The notes under the pieces: generated by a model
Seen by the model: only the letters and a program-made list of their open reading frames with translations
Databases searched by the model: none
What the model was told of the DNA's origin: nothing
Shown: in pieces, positions 37,499 to 49,409 of the stretch
How positions within the stretch are numbered: position 1 is the first letter of the stretch
Layout: each line of letters begins with the position of its first letter
Origin: Polymyxa betae A26-41
Lineage: Eukaryota; Protista; Endomyxa: Phytomyxea
Length of the DNA: 64,000 nucleotides
Assembly (NCBI GenBank): GCA_003693705.1
Contig: RBZT01000215.1
Span: forward strand, 83,552 to 147,551
Direction: 5' to 3'
Program-made: the position numbers and the translations under genes

Positions 37499-39018
37499 AT
37501 GACTCTCTTTGCACCGGGGTCTGCCTATCAGGTCCCAGTTTATATCCTAGGCTTGGGGCAGGTTGGTAGACAGCTCGTGCAGGATTTGCTTCAAGCTGCA
37601 CCAACGCATGCTGAGCAATTCAATACTATTTTCCAATTTCGAGGCCTGTTTGATAGTAATGGAGCCGTCATTGATGACCAATTTCTTGACGAAGATTTGG
37701 TGAAGGTATTGCTAGCGGTACAACATCTCAAATGCTCAAATTTCTTTCCATAGTCTATTCTTCAATGGAAACAAGAAGGGAAAGCGCTCAAAGACCATGA
37801 GAAGGGAATCAGCTGTACCACTGATTTACTTATTGGCAAAATTGAGAAAACTGCCATCGTAGTAGACACATCTGCAACTGAAAAGACAATACCATTATTA
37901 CTATCTGCTATCGGTTCCGGTGCTGGAGTCGCCATAGCTAATAAGAAACCCGTCACGTCAACATCCGATGTGTTTCAGGTCAGCTAAGTGTCTCTCGATT
38001 ACAGCATAGAAGTGAAGTGCTCCTTTAGAAATTGAACAGCCCGCAAGGTTTTATCGGAATTGAGTCAACGGTCGGCGCAGGCACGCCCATCATTGCTTGT
38101 TTAGACAGGCTTCTGGCCAGTGGAGATCAGGTTGTTTCACTCTTATCCGAGCTCATTCACTATCTAATAGCGATCAGGTCATTTTTATCGAAGGAACATT
38201 GAGTGGAACGCTAGGATTTCTAGCTACCGAATGGGAAAACGGAAAGCCTTTTAGTATTGCAGTTGAAGGTAATATCACCTGCCCTGAATAATGTATTTTA
38301 TTCCAATTTCTTTCTCTCTATGTAGAGGCATATAATCTTGGATACACTGAACCAGACCCCAGAGATGATCTCAGTGGCATGGACGTTGCAAGAAAAGCTC
38401 TGATTTTGGCGCGTAAATGTGGTGCTACTAATCTCGAATTGGATGATATTCTTGTCGAGCCACTCTTCCATCCAAATTTACAAAAGTTGCCAATTCCTGA
38501 TTTTCTCGAGGTAATTAACGCAGCCGCAAAACATCTTAAATGTTAATGACCCTGCAGTCCTTGTCTGGTCTCGACGACAGTTTCAACCAAAAGATTGCTG
38601 CTGCCACAGATAATGGGTGTGTAATGCGATACGTTGCTCGTATCGAGTTGAATTACCCTAAATCTGGGTCAAAGTCAAGACCGAACGCCAAGATCACAGT
38701 TGGTCTTCAAGAGGTTCCAATTTCCAGCCCATTGGGTCAACTGTCCGGAACAGATAATCTGGTTGCCTTTACTACAAGGTTTTTAGCAGCTGTCCGTTGC
38801 ATAAGGTTTTTCTAACTTGTAGTAGCACGTATGATTCAAGCCCATTAGTCATTCGTGGTAAAGGTGCTGGTGTGAAAGGTAACTAAGTGATCTCTTCCTG
38901 TCATTCTATGATAACGTTGTATTATTCAGTGACAGCTTCTGGTGTAATCGCCGACATGATCCAAATATCGAAGTGGCGGCAATCCAATTGTCTGTATGAT
39001 CGTTTGCAGAGATCTTAA
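37499..39018 (+). CDS. Homoserine dehydrogenase, multi-exon
   Basis: GLGQVG Rossmann motif, [77 protein letters not shown]. Confidence 0.93.
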
Positions 39019-41089
39019 ACTAATAAAGCAGATACGCCAGAATCAGTAGCTGCTGTTCTGCTCCATTGGCTTACACACAGAGATTGTGCTAAATTTCCGG
39101 TAATTGCAGAAATTCAGGGTTTTGAATGCTTGACAATCAAACACTTTGGTCCAATGCCTATTGGAATCGACTATCTTAAGTTCTTTGCACACCATAATGC
39201 CGTTGACCTAACTATTGTCGCGATCGATTCTGTCGAGCATTAGCCCAGGATCCCCGGGCACCGACGCTCGAAATCATGCGGTTGAGGTTGCACAGTTACT
39301 CTTTAGTGACAGGTTTATTTCTTTCTTCTGGGTCGACTCCCAGGAACTTCATCGTAAGCAAAATTGCAGGTGACGGAAAGCTTGAGCAAGCCCACTTCGT
39401 GCTTCTCCTCGCTCGAATCGCTGGACCAGGAGTTGCACCGCCAGCACCATCGTCCTGTTATATATCGAAGTCGCCGTATGGCAGGAATTTGTCTAGACTT
39501 GGCAATTTATTATTCGACTCAAATTTCAGGTCAACTGCAAAAGCTCACCTCAGTATCTACTATCTTGAGCGCTCTTCCGCTCTTTGCTGGGTATTCGTTC
39601 TTTCAGACAGCCCCTTCCAGTCCAACCGTCGGCACGAAATCAATCGCCTCTTATTGGCTTATCGAGGTCATCTGTTACCTGTGAAAGCAGCGATAGTATA
39701 AAAGAAATACTGCAAGTCCTCTTGTTGTTGCTTTCTCATCTTTGAATAAGACTACTGATTCATTCACATTTTTTCCATGTTCGCCTTCATTATCAGTTGC
39801 ATTGTACGTAATCGCTTTCCAGTAAGGTTGACACTTTTCTACAATAACATTAAAAAACATTCTGGTTTGGCTGATTAGCAGGGGCCCTACCACCCACCTT
39901 ATTCGATCAAGCATTTCTTGATTTGTTCCGAAGACAATGACTGCTGAGCGTTATTCCATCAATGAAAAAAGTAATCGAGTAGAATCTCCTCTTTCATGTC
40001 ACGAAAGGTAATTGTCTGTACTCATCTGATAATATAGGCATCTTTGACAGGTGTATAAATTCAACAAAAAATGACAAGCCAATGATTGGTGGATGTAGAA
40101 TGTAGACGGTCCCTGCGGGTCCCGCCATCAAGGGGATACCGTTACATCCAATGTGTTGAGTTGATGGAACCCTCCCCAATACAGTGTGGTAGAGCGGCGA
40201 GCTCAACTCTCGCTAATGCTCTTCTGTATACTGATTCCGTTACAACCCTAGCATGATCGATATAGAGTCGTAAGACAGCTGCTTGGGCTTTATGGTTAGT
40301 GATAGTGATATTGTATTCATAATCCATCAGCATTAGAAATTAATTAACACCGTTGCAAAGCCAACGTCCACAAGTTCGCTCTATCCCCGGACTCGTGATG
40401 TTTGCACCAGCTTGTGCACAAAGGGGAATCCATTGATTTGCCCGCCACAATACTTGGGGGTGTTGGACCAGAGGGCATTTCTTGTCTGTGCCACCAAATC
40501 CGTTACGAAGTCAGCTCTTCTTCAGCTGAATCCGCACCTGCAACTCAAGTTCAGCCATCTCACCCAAAATTCTCAACTGTTGCAGCGGTCAAGTCATTGA
40601 AACCCCCTTTTCTGCACAAGCTGGGGGGCGGCTTTACAGATTATGAGTTGCGGGCAAGTCTTTAGGCCCCGACGTCATTGCCATTGTCTTTATCTATCGT
40701 CAAGGTACTGGACTTTGAATGTTATCTCAGCTGGATGCTACTCAGCCGCACCTCAATTAGATTGTCTTCGACGTGAGTTCAGTTGCATCACATTAGTTTT
40801 AAGAAGCTCGCACAGGATCAGATAGCTATAACATCGTCCTTCTCTTGACGCCTTTAGCAATATGATCCGAATACCCCCAATGGCGTCAATCCAAGTGTTA
40901 ATGACAGTTGGATCGATGACCGTTCATCTGATGTATGTAGTTATTGTAGTATCAATATCTTGTATTCAGCAATATTGTATCAATATCTTTTGTTTCTACA
41001 GAACGCTTTGACATTGACTCACGCATGTAAACGTATCACATTTATAACTATCCAGATTCTGGAACATTCTTTCACTACACTATTGCATA

Positions 41090-41548
41090 ATGGAATTTGC
41101 TAATCTTGGCTCTCACTGCACTGTAAACAGCTGTCGACAGTATGATTTTCTGCCGCTCACCTGTGATCGTTGTCACGTCATCGTCTGCAAAGACCACATC
41201 ACTGAATCGGCTCACAACTGTAAAAACCCATCTCGCAATGGACACACGGTCGCATGCCAAATTTGCCACCAAATCATTGCTGTTAATGCTTCTGTTGATC
41301 CGAACGATGTTATGTCACGACATATCGATGCAGGCTGTCAAGCGCCTAAATCTTCATTTCAGACTGGTTGCTGTTTTAAGAAATGCAAACAAAAGACGAT
41401 GGCCCTTGTCGAATGTCACTCCTGCAAGAGACGATACTGCCTGAAGCATCGTTTGCGAGAAGATCATGCGTGCGAGAAGCAGTTGGCTTGCAGATCTCAG
41501 GCAACCAGTGTTGCTGTCCTGTCACGCTTGTTGCGGGTTCACACTTAA
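41090..41548 (+). CDS. AN1-type zinc-finger protein (ZFAND2/AIRAP-like), intronless
   Basis: MEFANLGSHC...C.Q.DFLPLTCDRC...CKDH...HNC, plus a second AN1 finger C..KCKQK...C.SC...YCLKHR..DHAC. Confidence 0.88.
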   Translation: MEFANLGSHCTVNSCRQYDFLPLTCDRCHVIVCKDHITESAHNCKNPSRNGHTVACQICHQIIAVNASVDPNDVMSRHIDAGCQAPKSSFQTGCCFKKCKQKTMALVECHSCKRRYCLKHRLREDHACEKQLACRSQATSVAVLSRLLRVHT

Positions 41549-42495
41549 AAAATCATTGCTATCCTTTCGAAGGTGAGCGCATGAAGACAGGCTTAATATT
41601 TATACATATAATTCAATATTAATTACAAATGCAATCTGCTTTCTTTGACACGGAACGCGAAAATTCGGCCGAGCCTGTAAACAAGAAAAACCCCAGTGTA
41701 TGGCCCAGTATAACAGCACAGAACATTCCAACATCAACTAAACCACGTCAATTAAATAAGCACAGATTATTCCATGGTCATACACGTCATTATGATTAAC
41801 ATAACTAGGCAGCTCAAAGTGACACGTATTAATTCTAAGAAGGAACGAGTCAACTGCTGTTGGGCGGTGAAGTAGACGACAGAGTTCGGCGTCAATAAGC
41901 TTTCAGTTTGACTATAACCGGATATAAATTCACAGACCGAGACAGAAATTTGACTGGAAATACTCGGTCGGAGAATATTGGGATAAGGGGCATGTGATTT
42001 TAGCAACAAAGTATTTGTCCAGCTTGACTTGAAGTAGCTGAACAAAATGCACAAGCAATGCAAAGCAGATCACGATGCCAAGAGAAAATATATAACCTAA
42101 TATCGAAGAGTTGGTTCAGGCAGATAAGGAGTAATTCAGTACAGACAAGGGAACGATGTGATCTTCCAAAAGCTGAACAGGACGTGGATTCCATGCCAGT
42201 TGGTCGAAAACCACATGGGCATCATCATCATCGTCATGACTAGCAAAGGCACTGACGACTACAACGAGACAGATTTTACTATGACAACGAGATATTTGAA
42301 TAGACAACCCTAAGGGGGCTTGACCCCTCCTATTCAAGTCTTATTTAACAATTAAAAGACAATCTCGTGTTACATACAGTATGTATACAGTTATGGACTA
42401 CCAGTAATTGAATTATAAAAGTACTCTAGGTGATTCAGATACAACATCACAGATGGTTCAACATATCTTCACGCAAGAGACAGAAAATATCCACA

Positions 42496-44349
42496 TTACG
42501 ATTTTATTGAGGCGTCAATGGCGGTGATCCATCTCGCCCTATCTTCAGCACACGATGCAAATAATAAATACTGTTCGTTGCGGCAAGTTATTACAAATGA
42601 AAAGTCACCTTTTGGATGATCATCAACTGCCATGACGCTGCATCCTTTCAAATTCATACATCTGTCTTTTTGTGGTTTTGAGTGCTCAGCGCTCTTGTAG
42701 TAGGTCAGATAACGCCCTTTGAGGATAAACCAACGTTGATTTAGAACTTGCCTGCCGAATAGGCCTGCTCGACTTAGTTTCATCAAATATCCCTCCATAT
42801 ATACACAGGGAAAATCAAGTAAAGAATGGATCCTGCTGTAGATCTCATTCATTTCGCTAAAGCTGAATGACCTAAACCTCTCCTGTCCAAATGCTTCCAC
42901 ATGAATTGCAATGCTTGATACAGATGGTTCGCGTACGTCAGAAGTGCCAGATTGTTTAGATTGCAGCTCCTTTACCAGAGCTGTCTTTGCACTATTCTCA
43001 GGAGAATGCCCTCGTGCAGTCGAATTAACTGAAGGTATTAATGTTTTGGCTTCCAGCATTAAGACTTGTTTCTCCAGACGCTCAATCTTGGCGTTTTGAG
43101 CCTTAATTAGGTTTTCAGCAGCAATCAACTTGCCATAATCTTCTTCTTTGATTAAGCTTCTGTCAGCCCCATCTGGCTGACTATAATCAATAGATCCTGA
43201 TCTTACACGAGTAGGAATAGGTGGCGCCGTCACGCTGTCGCCTGACGATTCGAATCTTGATGATAAGAAGCGCACAAGCGAAGTTGCAGGCGGAGACGTA
43301 GAAGTCTTGCTTTGAAACAGTCCCGGAAAGAATGCTGGAATGCCTTCATGATCGGCGGTTTTGATCCAATCGTTTTCTGACCTTAGCTTCGTGAGACGAT
43401 CAGTTTGAGAAGCTATTTCAGAAGCCGCTCGAAATATTGAATTCAAATCAGCATTCGTCAACGTCCCAGGGACTGTATTTAGAAAGTCGAAGACGGAATC
43501 CAGTGTGTGAAGCACTGAAATATCGCTGGCAAAGAATTTAAAAAATCCATACATTGCTGGCAGAATAACAACTGGCCCAAGAACGAATAAAAAATCCAGC
43601 ATGTGAAGTACAAACGGCTTCGGAAACAAATAGATGAAAAGTGGAGCCGCCCAGATACAGATTAAATCTGTTAAATCGACCCTGCAAAGAAATATTAAAT
43701 TTCATGAAATTTGGAATAAGCAAAGTTCAATTCTTACACGTCAAATGACAACGAATTAAGATGGTCTGCGAGCGCAGGGAGATCCGCAACGATCAATTCA
43801 GCGAGCACGAGACAATCTCGGCGTAACTGGACATGAGAATTACAGAAATAGCCATACATGCGGCAGGATAAAGTTGTTAGTGCAATCAAAGCTGCATTCG
43901 AGTCGCCATTGAGCTCAATTAGCATTAAAGCAGCTAATTGGGCAGAGCCAGGCATATAGTCGTCTAAGCAAACTCTCTGTGCATGTTGTATAAGAATCTG
44001 CTCAACTGTCGCTGCATCAACAGATTTGCCAATTGAAGCAAAACATCCCTCTGAGTTGAGTTCCATCCGAATCTTATCGATTACATTTTGTTGTGTTTTT
44101 TGGCTGGGACGCGCTAATTGCAACGAGTCCGATCCCAGGGATTCGCGAGCATGCTTCCAAGCATTAGCTCGAATTGGGTGTTCTGAAGGCATTCCTTGCC
44201 ATAATGCCTGGTCCGAAACTTAGCTTGCTATGGCGATGCCATTTAAACCCAGAGCAGACCTGAACGAAAGCAGGCGATCTCAGATTCGGAGATGCCTGCC
44301 TGTACTTGTCGCTGGCGAAGGGCGCCCATATCGATGCGACATTCGCCAT
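42496..44349 (-). CDS. Degenerate TBC (Rab-GAP-like) domain, coiled coil and C-terminal PH domain, 3 exons
   Basis: GMP..IRANAW, LAELIVADLPALADHL, W..PLF...FP..FVLHMLDFLFVLGP (TBC fold). PH: MEGYLMKL...QRWFILKGRYLTYYK...FASCAEDRARWITAI. Confidence 0.75.
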
Positions 44350-44761
44350 GAATGATATGTTGTGTACGTTTAGAACGCTGTTGGCGACGTCTTAGACAGA
44401 GAGGAAGAAATGGGATTGATGGTGTCTCCGCCCCATCACCCAACCAAAGGGCCCCAACAGTCAGACACAGATACGACCTTCTCACATTTCTCTTTGTATC
44501 AAACAAAAACAATTTCTTTACCAAGTGATGTGTCTTTTTGTATCAAACAGAAACAGGCATGAATATCAAGTAATGTATATTGTTTTTATGATTGCATTTG
44601 TCCTACTTGTGTGACCAGACTGGCATTCTGATTCCAGAATCTTCGCGTGATTTAGCCTCAATTGTTAGATGCTGATTTGACAGATTCGGGTTGACTTTGC
44701 AACGCTGAAGATAGTACCTGTAGCGATCCGGTTCGGCTAATTGCAACCATTTAACTAAACT

Positions 44762-45635
44762 ATGGGTTATGAAAATGAGGAATTCAGCTCACATGGGGAG
44801 GATTCTGATATGCCAGTAACTCGCCCTAAAATGCCCACCATATCTGCCTCACAAGCAGTATCTGGACTTTTAAGCAGGATTTCTGAAGTAAAATATGAGA
44901 TGAAGATACCTGTTGTGATAGTGATTACGACATTTAGATTCGGGTTTGCGATTGGAATCTTTTCTGGAAAGCAACGCACTTCAGAGCACCAAAAAACGAT
45001 ATGGAGGCTATCATTCGAGGAATTATTCTAAATGCGGTGCACTTTCAGGTTGGTGGTATATATGGAGTGATAGATGATCTTCCTAATCTCGGATTCTGAC
45101 AGGGAAACTATGCTGTAATGATGTTGTTGGCGATCCTTTTTGTTTGGTAATGTTTCGGAATAGAGTACCAGGCATAGCTGATTGAAGCAATAGTGTTTCT
45201 CGACCAACATTCGGAATAGTATTGCTGTTCTATTCAGCATCCCTATTATATGCATATACAAATTCATCGAGTTCACCACAAAGCAATAACTACAAGCTAA
45301 TCAAGATGATTACCGCTTTATTTACTTTGATTCTGGTGTACATTGGAGGCACCTCACTCTGGTCTGCAATTATAATATGCACGAGTTTCATCGCTGGCCA
45401 TGCGGCTTTCAGAGTTCCTCCATCCCCCAAATTCCCAAGCAACGGAATCAAATCCTTATGGGAATGCGAAGAATCAGTAATCGGTAAAGTCATGAATTAC
45501 GAAAAGGTTGGTGCGAACATGTTGTCGGCTAACCACCACTGATGACTTTGGCAGACCTTTGATATTGAAGACCCGGAAAGTCATGAAGGCATCGTCGCTA
45601 ATCAGCTTCGGAAAGAGCCAAGTAAGCGAGTCTAA
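44762..45635 (+). CDS. PRA1-family (prenylated Rab acceptor) membrane protein, multi-exon
   Basis: RDWNLF..F.AP...IILNAVHFQ|GNY, two hydrophobic hairpins and the diagnostic 'HAAFR' motif. Confidence 0.75.
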
Positions 45636-45679
45636 AGTAAGGCAGGAAAGAGACATCGATAAAGTAAATAAAGCCATGA

Positions 45680-45783
45680 TGACCTTTTGTGTAATGTTAC
45701 CCAAGTGACCTTTTGTGTAATGTTACCCAAGTGACCTTTTGTGTAATGTTACCCAAGTGACCTTTTGTGTAATGTTACCCAAG
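45680..45783. repeat. Perfect tandem repeat, 26-bp unit TGACCTTTTGTGTAATGTTACCCAAG x4
   Basis: Four identical head-to-tail copies starting at 45680, 45706, 45732 and 45758. Confidence 0.97.
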
Positions 45784-45801
45784 CCAAAACATGCGTAATA
45801 A

Positions 45802-45922
45802 GGCCGCGTTTGGATGCCACAGAAAATCTGGATCTAAAATCCTTCTCTGACTTGGATTTTCGGCTGAAAAACCAAATTGTGGCGTAAAAACTTGGTTTTC
45901 CGTGTGTCATCCAAACTCGCCC
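45802..45922. mobile_element. Tourist/PIF-Harbinger-like MITE (121 bp)
   Basis: Left end GGCCGCGTTTGGATGCCAC; right end read on the minus strand GGGCGAGTTTGGATGACAC. TAA flanks both sides (45799-45801 and 45923-45925). Non-coding interior. Confidence 0.75.
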
Positions 45923-46002
45923 TAAAGGATTCCATAGGGTGAGGCGACATCCCGAGACACTTGTCTGTAACTTGGGTCAGTCATATCATTGGTTTACACA
46001 GA

Positions 46003-47828
46003 ATGCTGGCCTTCGCCGCTCTCATTCTGGTTCTTGTCAGCTTTGCCCAGGCACAATCGCAGCGACACACGGCCATTGCTATTACTGTTTCCGGTGATGG
46101 CCAACGAGAGACGACTTTGCCAGCCTATCTGGCAAGTTGGGGTCCAGATTTGGCATCACCAGTTCATGGTCAGATTGCCTACCAGAAGTAATTGTGGAAT
46201 ACCGATTGATTTCCAGGATCTTTAAGCTACGTCGTCCCTTCGGATGCTTGCTCGAATATTGAATCGAAACATACGAAAGGGTCGGTTTTAGTGATCGATC
46301 AAGGGCAATGCACATTTGCAGACAAGATGCACAACTTGAAAGCACTGTCACCTACTGCTGTGATTGTAGTTGGGCAGCCGTCGATTAAATCTTGGTTTGT
46401 AATGGGCCCAAGCAATATTACTGATCCATTGCCTGCCGTAATGGTTCTTAACGAGGACGGTCAGACTTTGAAGAACTATAATTCTGCTGTATTAAGGTTC
46501 ATAGAGCGGCACTGTTTTTCTCTTATCTAAGTTATCTGTAGCGGCTATGAGCGATCTGCATTTGACTGGTCATCGGTGCTGCTGATCATGGTTTCTACGT
46601 TAATCGTCTTCATATCCTCTTATTGGGCTACGGTAAGGGACAGAAACAATAAACGAGGCATTGCAACTACAGATCCTGACGTCCCCGAAGATGGTAATTT
46701 TGCTTTGATATCAGCTTTCAATTATCAGACTTTATCGTGCAGGCATTGCGTCGATTGATGCGAGGACAGCGGCTTTATTTATCGTTATCGCTTCCGCTGC
46801 ATTAATGGCACTTTATTTCCTCATTGATAAGCTGATTTACGTTCTAATTGGGATATTTGCCATTTCTGGAACAACTAGTTTAACTGTTGTCCTTGCACAT
46901 CCCACTAGAAAGCTCTTTCCGAAGCTTGATCAACAGTTAAAGTAAGAGTTGTGTCATGGAATTTCAAACGCGCTGATCGTCGTTATAGCTGTCCAGTTTT
47001 GGGTCGCATTAATCTGTTATACTCCATATTGCTGGTAGTTTGTACTCCAGCAACTATATGCTGGCTGGTTTACCGGAAAGCTTATTTCGCCTTCATCATG
47101 CAGGATATTTTGGGTGCAGCAATACTAATAATGATGCAAAGTTGGTAGAAAATTCGAATCAATTGGCCTTGTTTTGAATGAAACCACAGGAGTCACGCGA
47201 ATGGCAAGCATAAAGATTGCTTCAATTCTACTTGTTTCTGCGTTTTTATATGACATATTCTGGGTGTTTCTATCACCATTTTTCTTCAAGTCATCTGTTA
47301 TGTACGAAAATCGTTTTATTCGAAACCATTTCCGACTGTCTTCTTAGGATCTCAGTTGCAACGGGGGGAAATACTGGTGAAATGGTTCCCATGCTGTTAG
47401 CCTTTCCAAGATTTAATGATATCTTCAGAGGTATTTGGTATTGCAACATCTGAGTCTTGGCTTATCGCTTACTTAGGGTTCTCTCTTATCGGTCTTGGTG
47501 ACTTGGCGTAAGCACATCCATCTCTGTTTTTCTTTATTCGATAATATGCTGCAGATTGCCTGGCCTTTTCATAACGTTCACATTTCGATTCGATGCATTC
47601 AGCGAGACGTCATATTCGAAAGTAGCGATGTTCGGCTATGCTGTTGGGCTTATTTTAACGTCGGTTGCGGTGTCGTTGATGCAAATGGGCCAGCCTGCAC
47701 TGCTTTATCTGGTTCCCTGTACGCTAGGCTTGGTTTCCCTAATAGCTTGGCGAAAACGACATTTAGCAAGCATGTGGAAAGGCATCGAGGATGATTGTGC
47801 CTCTGATATGCAAAGGTTGTTGTCGTAG
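46003..47828 (+). CDS. SPPL2: Signal peptide peptidase-like protease (SPPL2-type, PA domain, family A22B), multi-exon
   Basis: Signal peptide; PA domain IDQGQCTFADK; catalytic YD (FYDIFWVF) and GLGD; QPALLYLVPCTLG. Confidence 0.9.
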
Positions 47829-48198
47829 ATGTTGTTTCATGCTCATTATCCTTCTTTTGGAATTAAACTTTTATCTTCATTGCCTCAGGTTAAAGAATTC
47901 AAACAACGTTTCGCCTGAGCTTTCAATGTCATAATTATCTAATAATCCTGTAAATAATGATTAATTCGTGTCATCCAACCTGGATATTTCCAAGAACGTT
48001 CAATCCGGTTTCCTTAATGCTGTCTCCCTCATGTTCATTGTTAACTCCACTAAAGCTGTTCAGCGATACTTTCTATCATGGAATGTTTCAATTTCATAAA
48101 ACAACTGGGAGTTGATCGCCGTCTCAGCGCCTGTGTTGTCCGTCTCCATGTTGGTAGAATTATCTCAACTTGGCCACATAACGTGTTTATCATCATTA

Positions 48199-49257
48199 TT
48201 AGACGGAATCGTCAGCGAGTGGAATATATCCCAATACGACATTATATCCGGCGTTATCTAGATACTCACGTGGCAGCTTCTTCTTTACATGACGAATATA
48301 TACGATAAATGCAATGGTTAGCACAAGAGATGTGATGGACCAGGCGATCAATGGATGTCGATTTGTACCACATGCCCAAAGAAACTGAAACAAGAACGTT
48401 GATCTGAACAGGACTGGCCAGAACACAATCGCGAACGCCGCCAGATTCTCATTTAAGACTGTCCGCCGTGCTAGCTGCAAACCGATCAAATATCCGGTCA
48501 TGCAATGTGATGGGATGTAGAGAGCGGCGACCACGACTGAGATCAGCATTGGTGTCGCCAATCCTGCAGCTGAGTATGCTAATAGAAGGGATACAGTTAG
48601 GCCTTGATAGGTCCCGTACCCAAGACTTAATGCCATAGCTGTGAATAGACATCGGGATAGATCCAGATATTGCATCTGTCGAATCTCAATCGACGCCGTC
48701 TCATCGATCTCCACTTTGCTCTTGATCATGCGATATTTGAAGAATTCCTCGACTATGACAGACATGATTAAACTCATGTGCAGACAGAGATATGACAGAG
48801 ACTAACCCAGAACTTGTACGAATATGATCATCCATAATGTGGCGTATATAGAGCCAGTTCTATCAAATACAGGAAAAGCAAGTATTAAGAATATGGTCAA
48901 GAAGATCAACACTACAGGAGCCATAACGAATGCAACACCGAAATTTCGAATTGTGTGATTAATCAATATCAGCTGCGATGTTCGCGATCTATAAACGAGA
49001 TAGACGAATGGCAGAAAGAATAACGGATACGAGAACGAGAACGATGGGAATGCCCAGGCGATGAACGCCCAACCGGCAAGAATAACGCCCAATATCAGCC
49101 ATGACGTTTGATCTAAAGATTGCTCGCCGATCAGATAATCGTGATCGACAGAGAAGCCAGTGATCGTGGCGCCCGCCTGCTTCGATTTCCCGACAATCGT
49201 GGCGCCGAATTCGTCATCGCTAAGCGCGATGTTCTCCATATCGATGGCTTCTTTCAT
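48199..49257 (-). CDS. Polytopic membrane protein, PrsW-like (degenerate), 2 exons
   Basis: Many transmembrane segments. IVEEFFKY matches EExxK; LGYGTYQG, PSHCMTG and PVLFRST fall at the positions of PrsW motifs 2-4. Confidence 0.55.
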
Positions 49258-49409
49258 TTGCCAATCGTATGACCGGCGATTCTGGACCAATCAATTGTAA
49301 TACGGCCGATGCTGCTGACCACACTTAATTTTCTGCTTTTAAGCATGAATCACGTCGTGGATCGTTACTTGATCAATCGACGCCCATTGATCAACTTGTC
49401 GGATGTACC

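Noticed and set aside
39276-40930. Cluster of 60-140 aa ORFs, possibly a decayed gene or transposon
   Set aside because: Frequent stops in all frames and no transposase, RT or other family motif that I could recognise.
45680-45783. Possible CRISPR array
   Set aside because: Units are head-to-tail with no unique spacers, the context is eukaryotic, and there are no cas genes.
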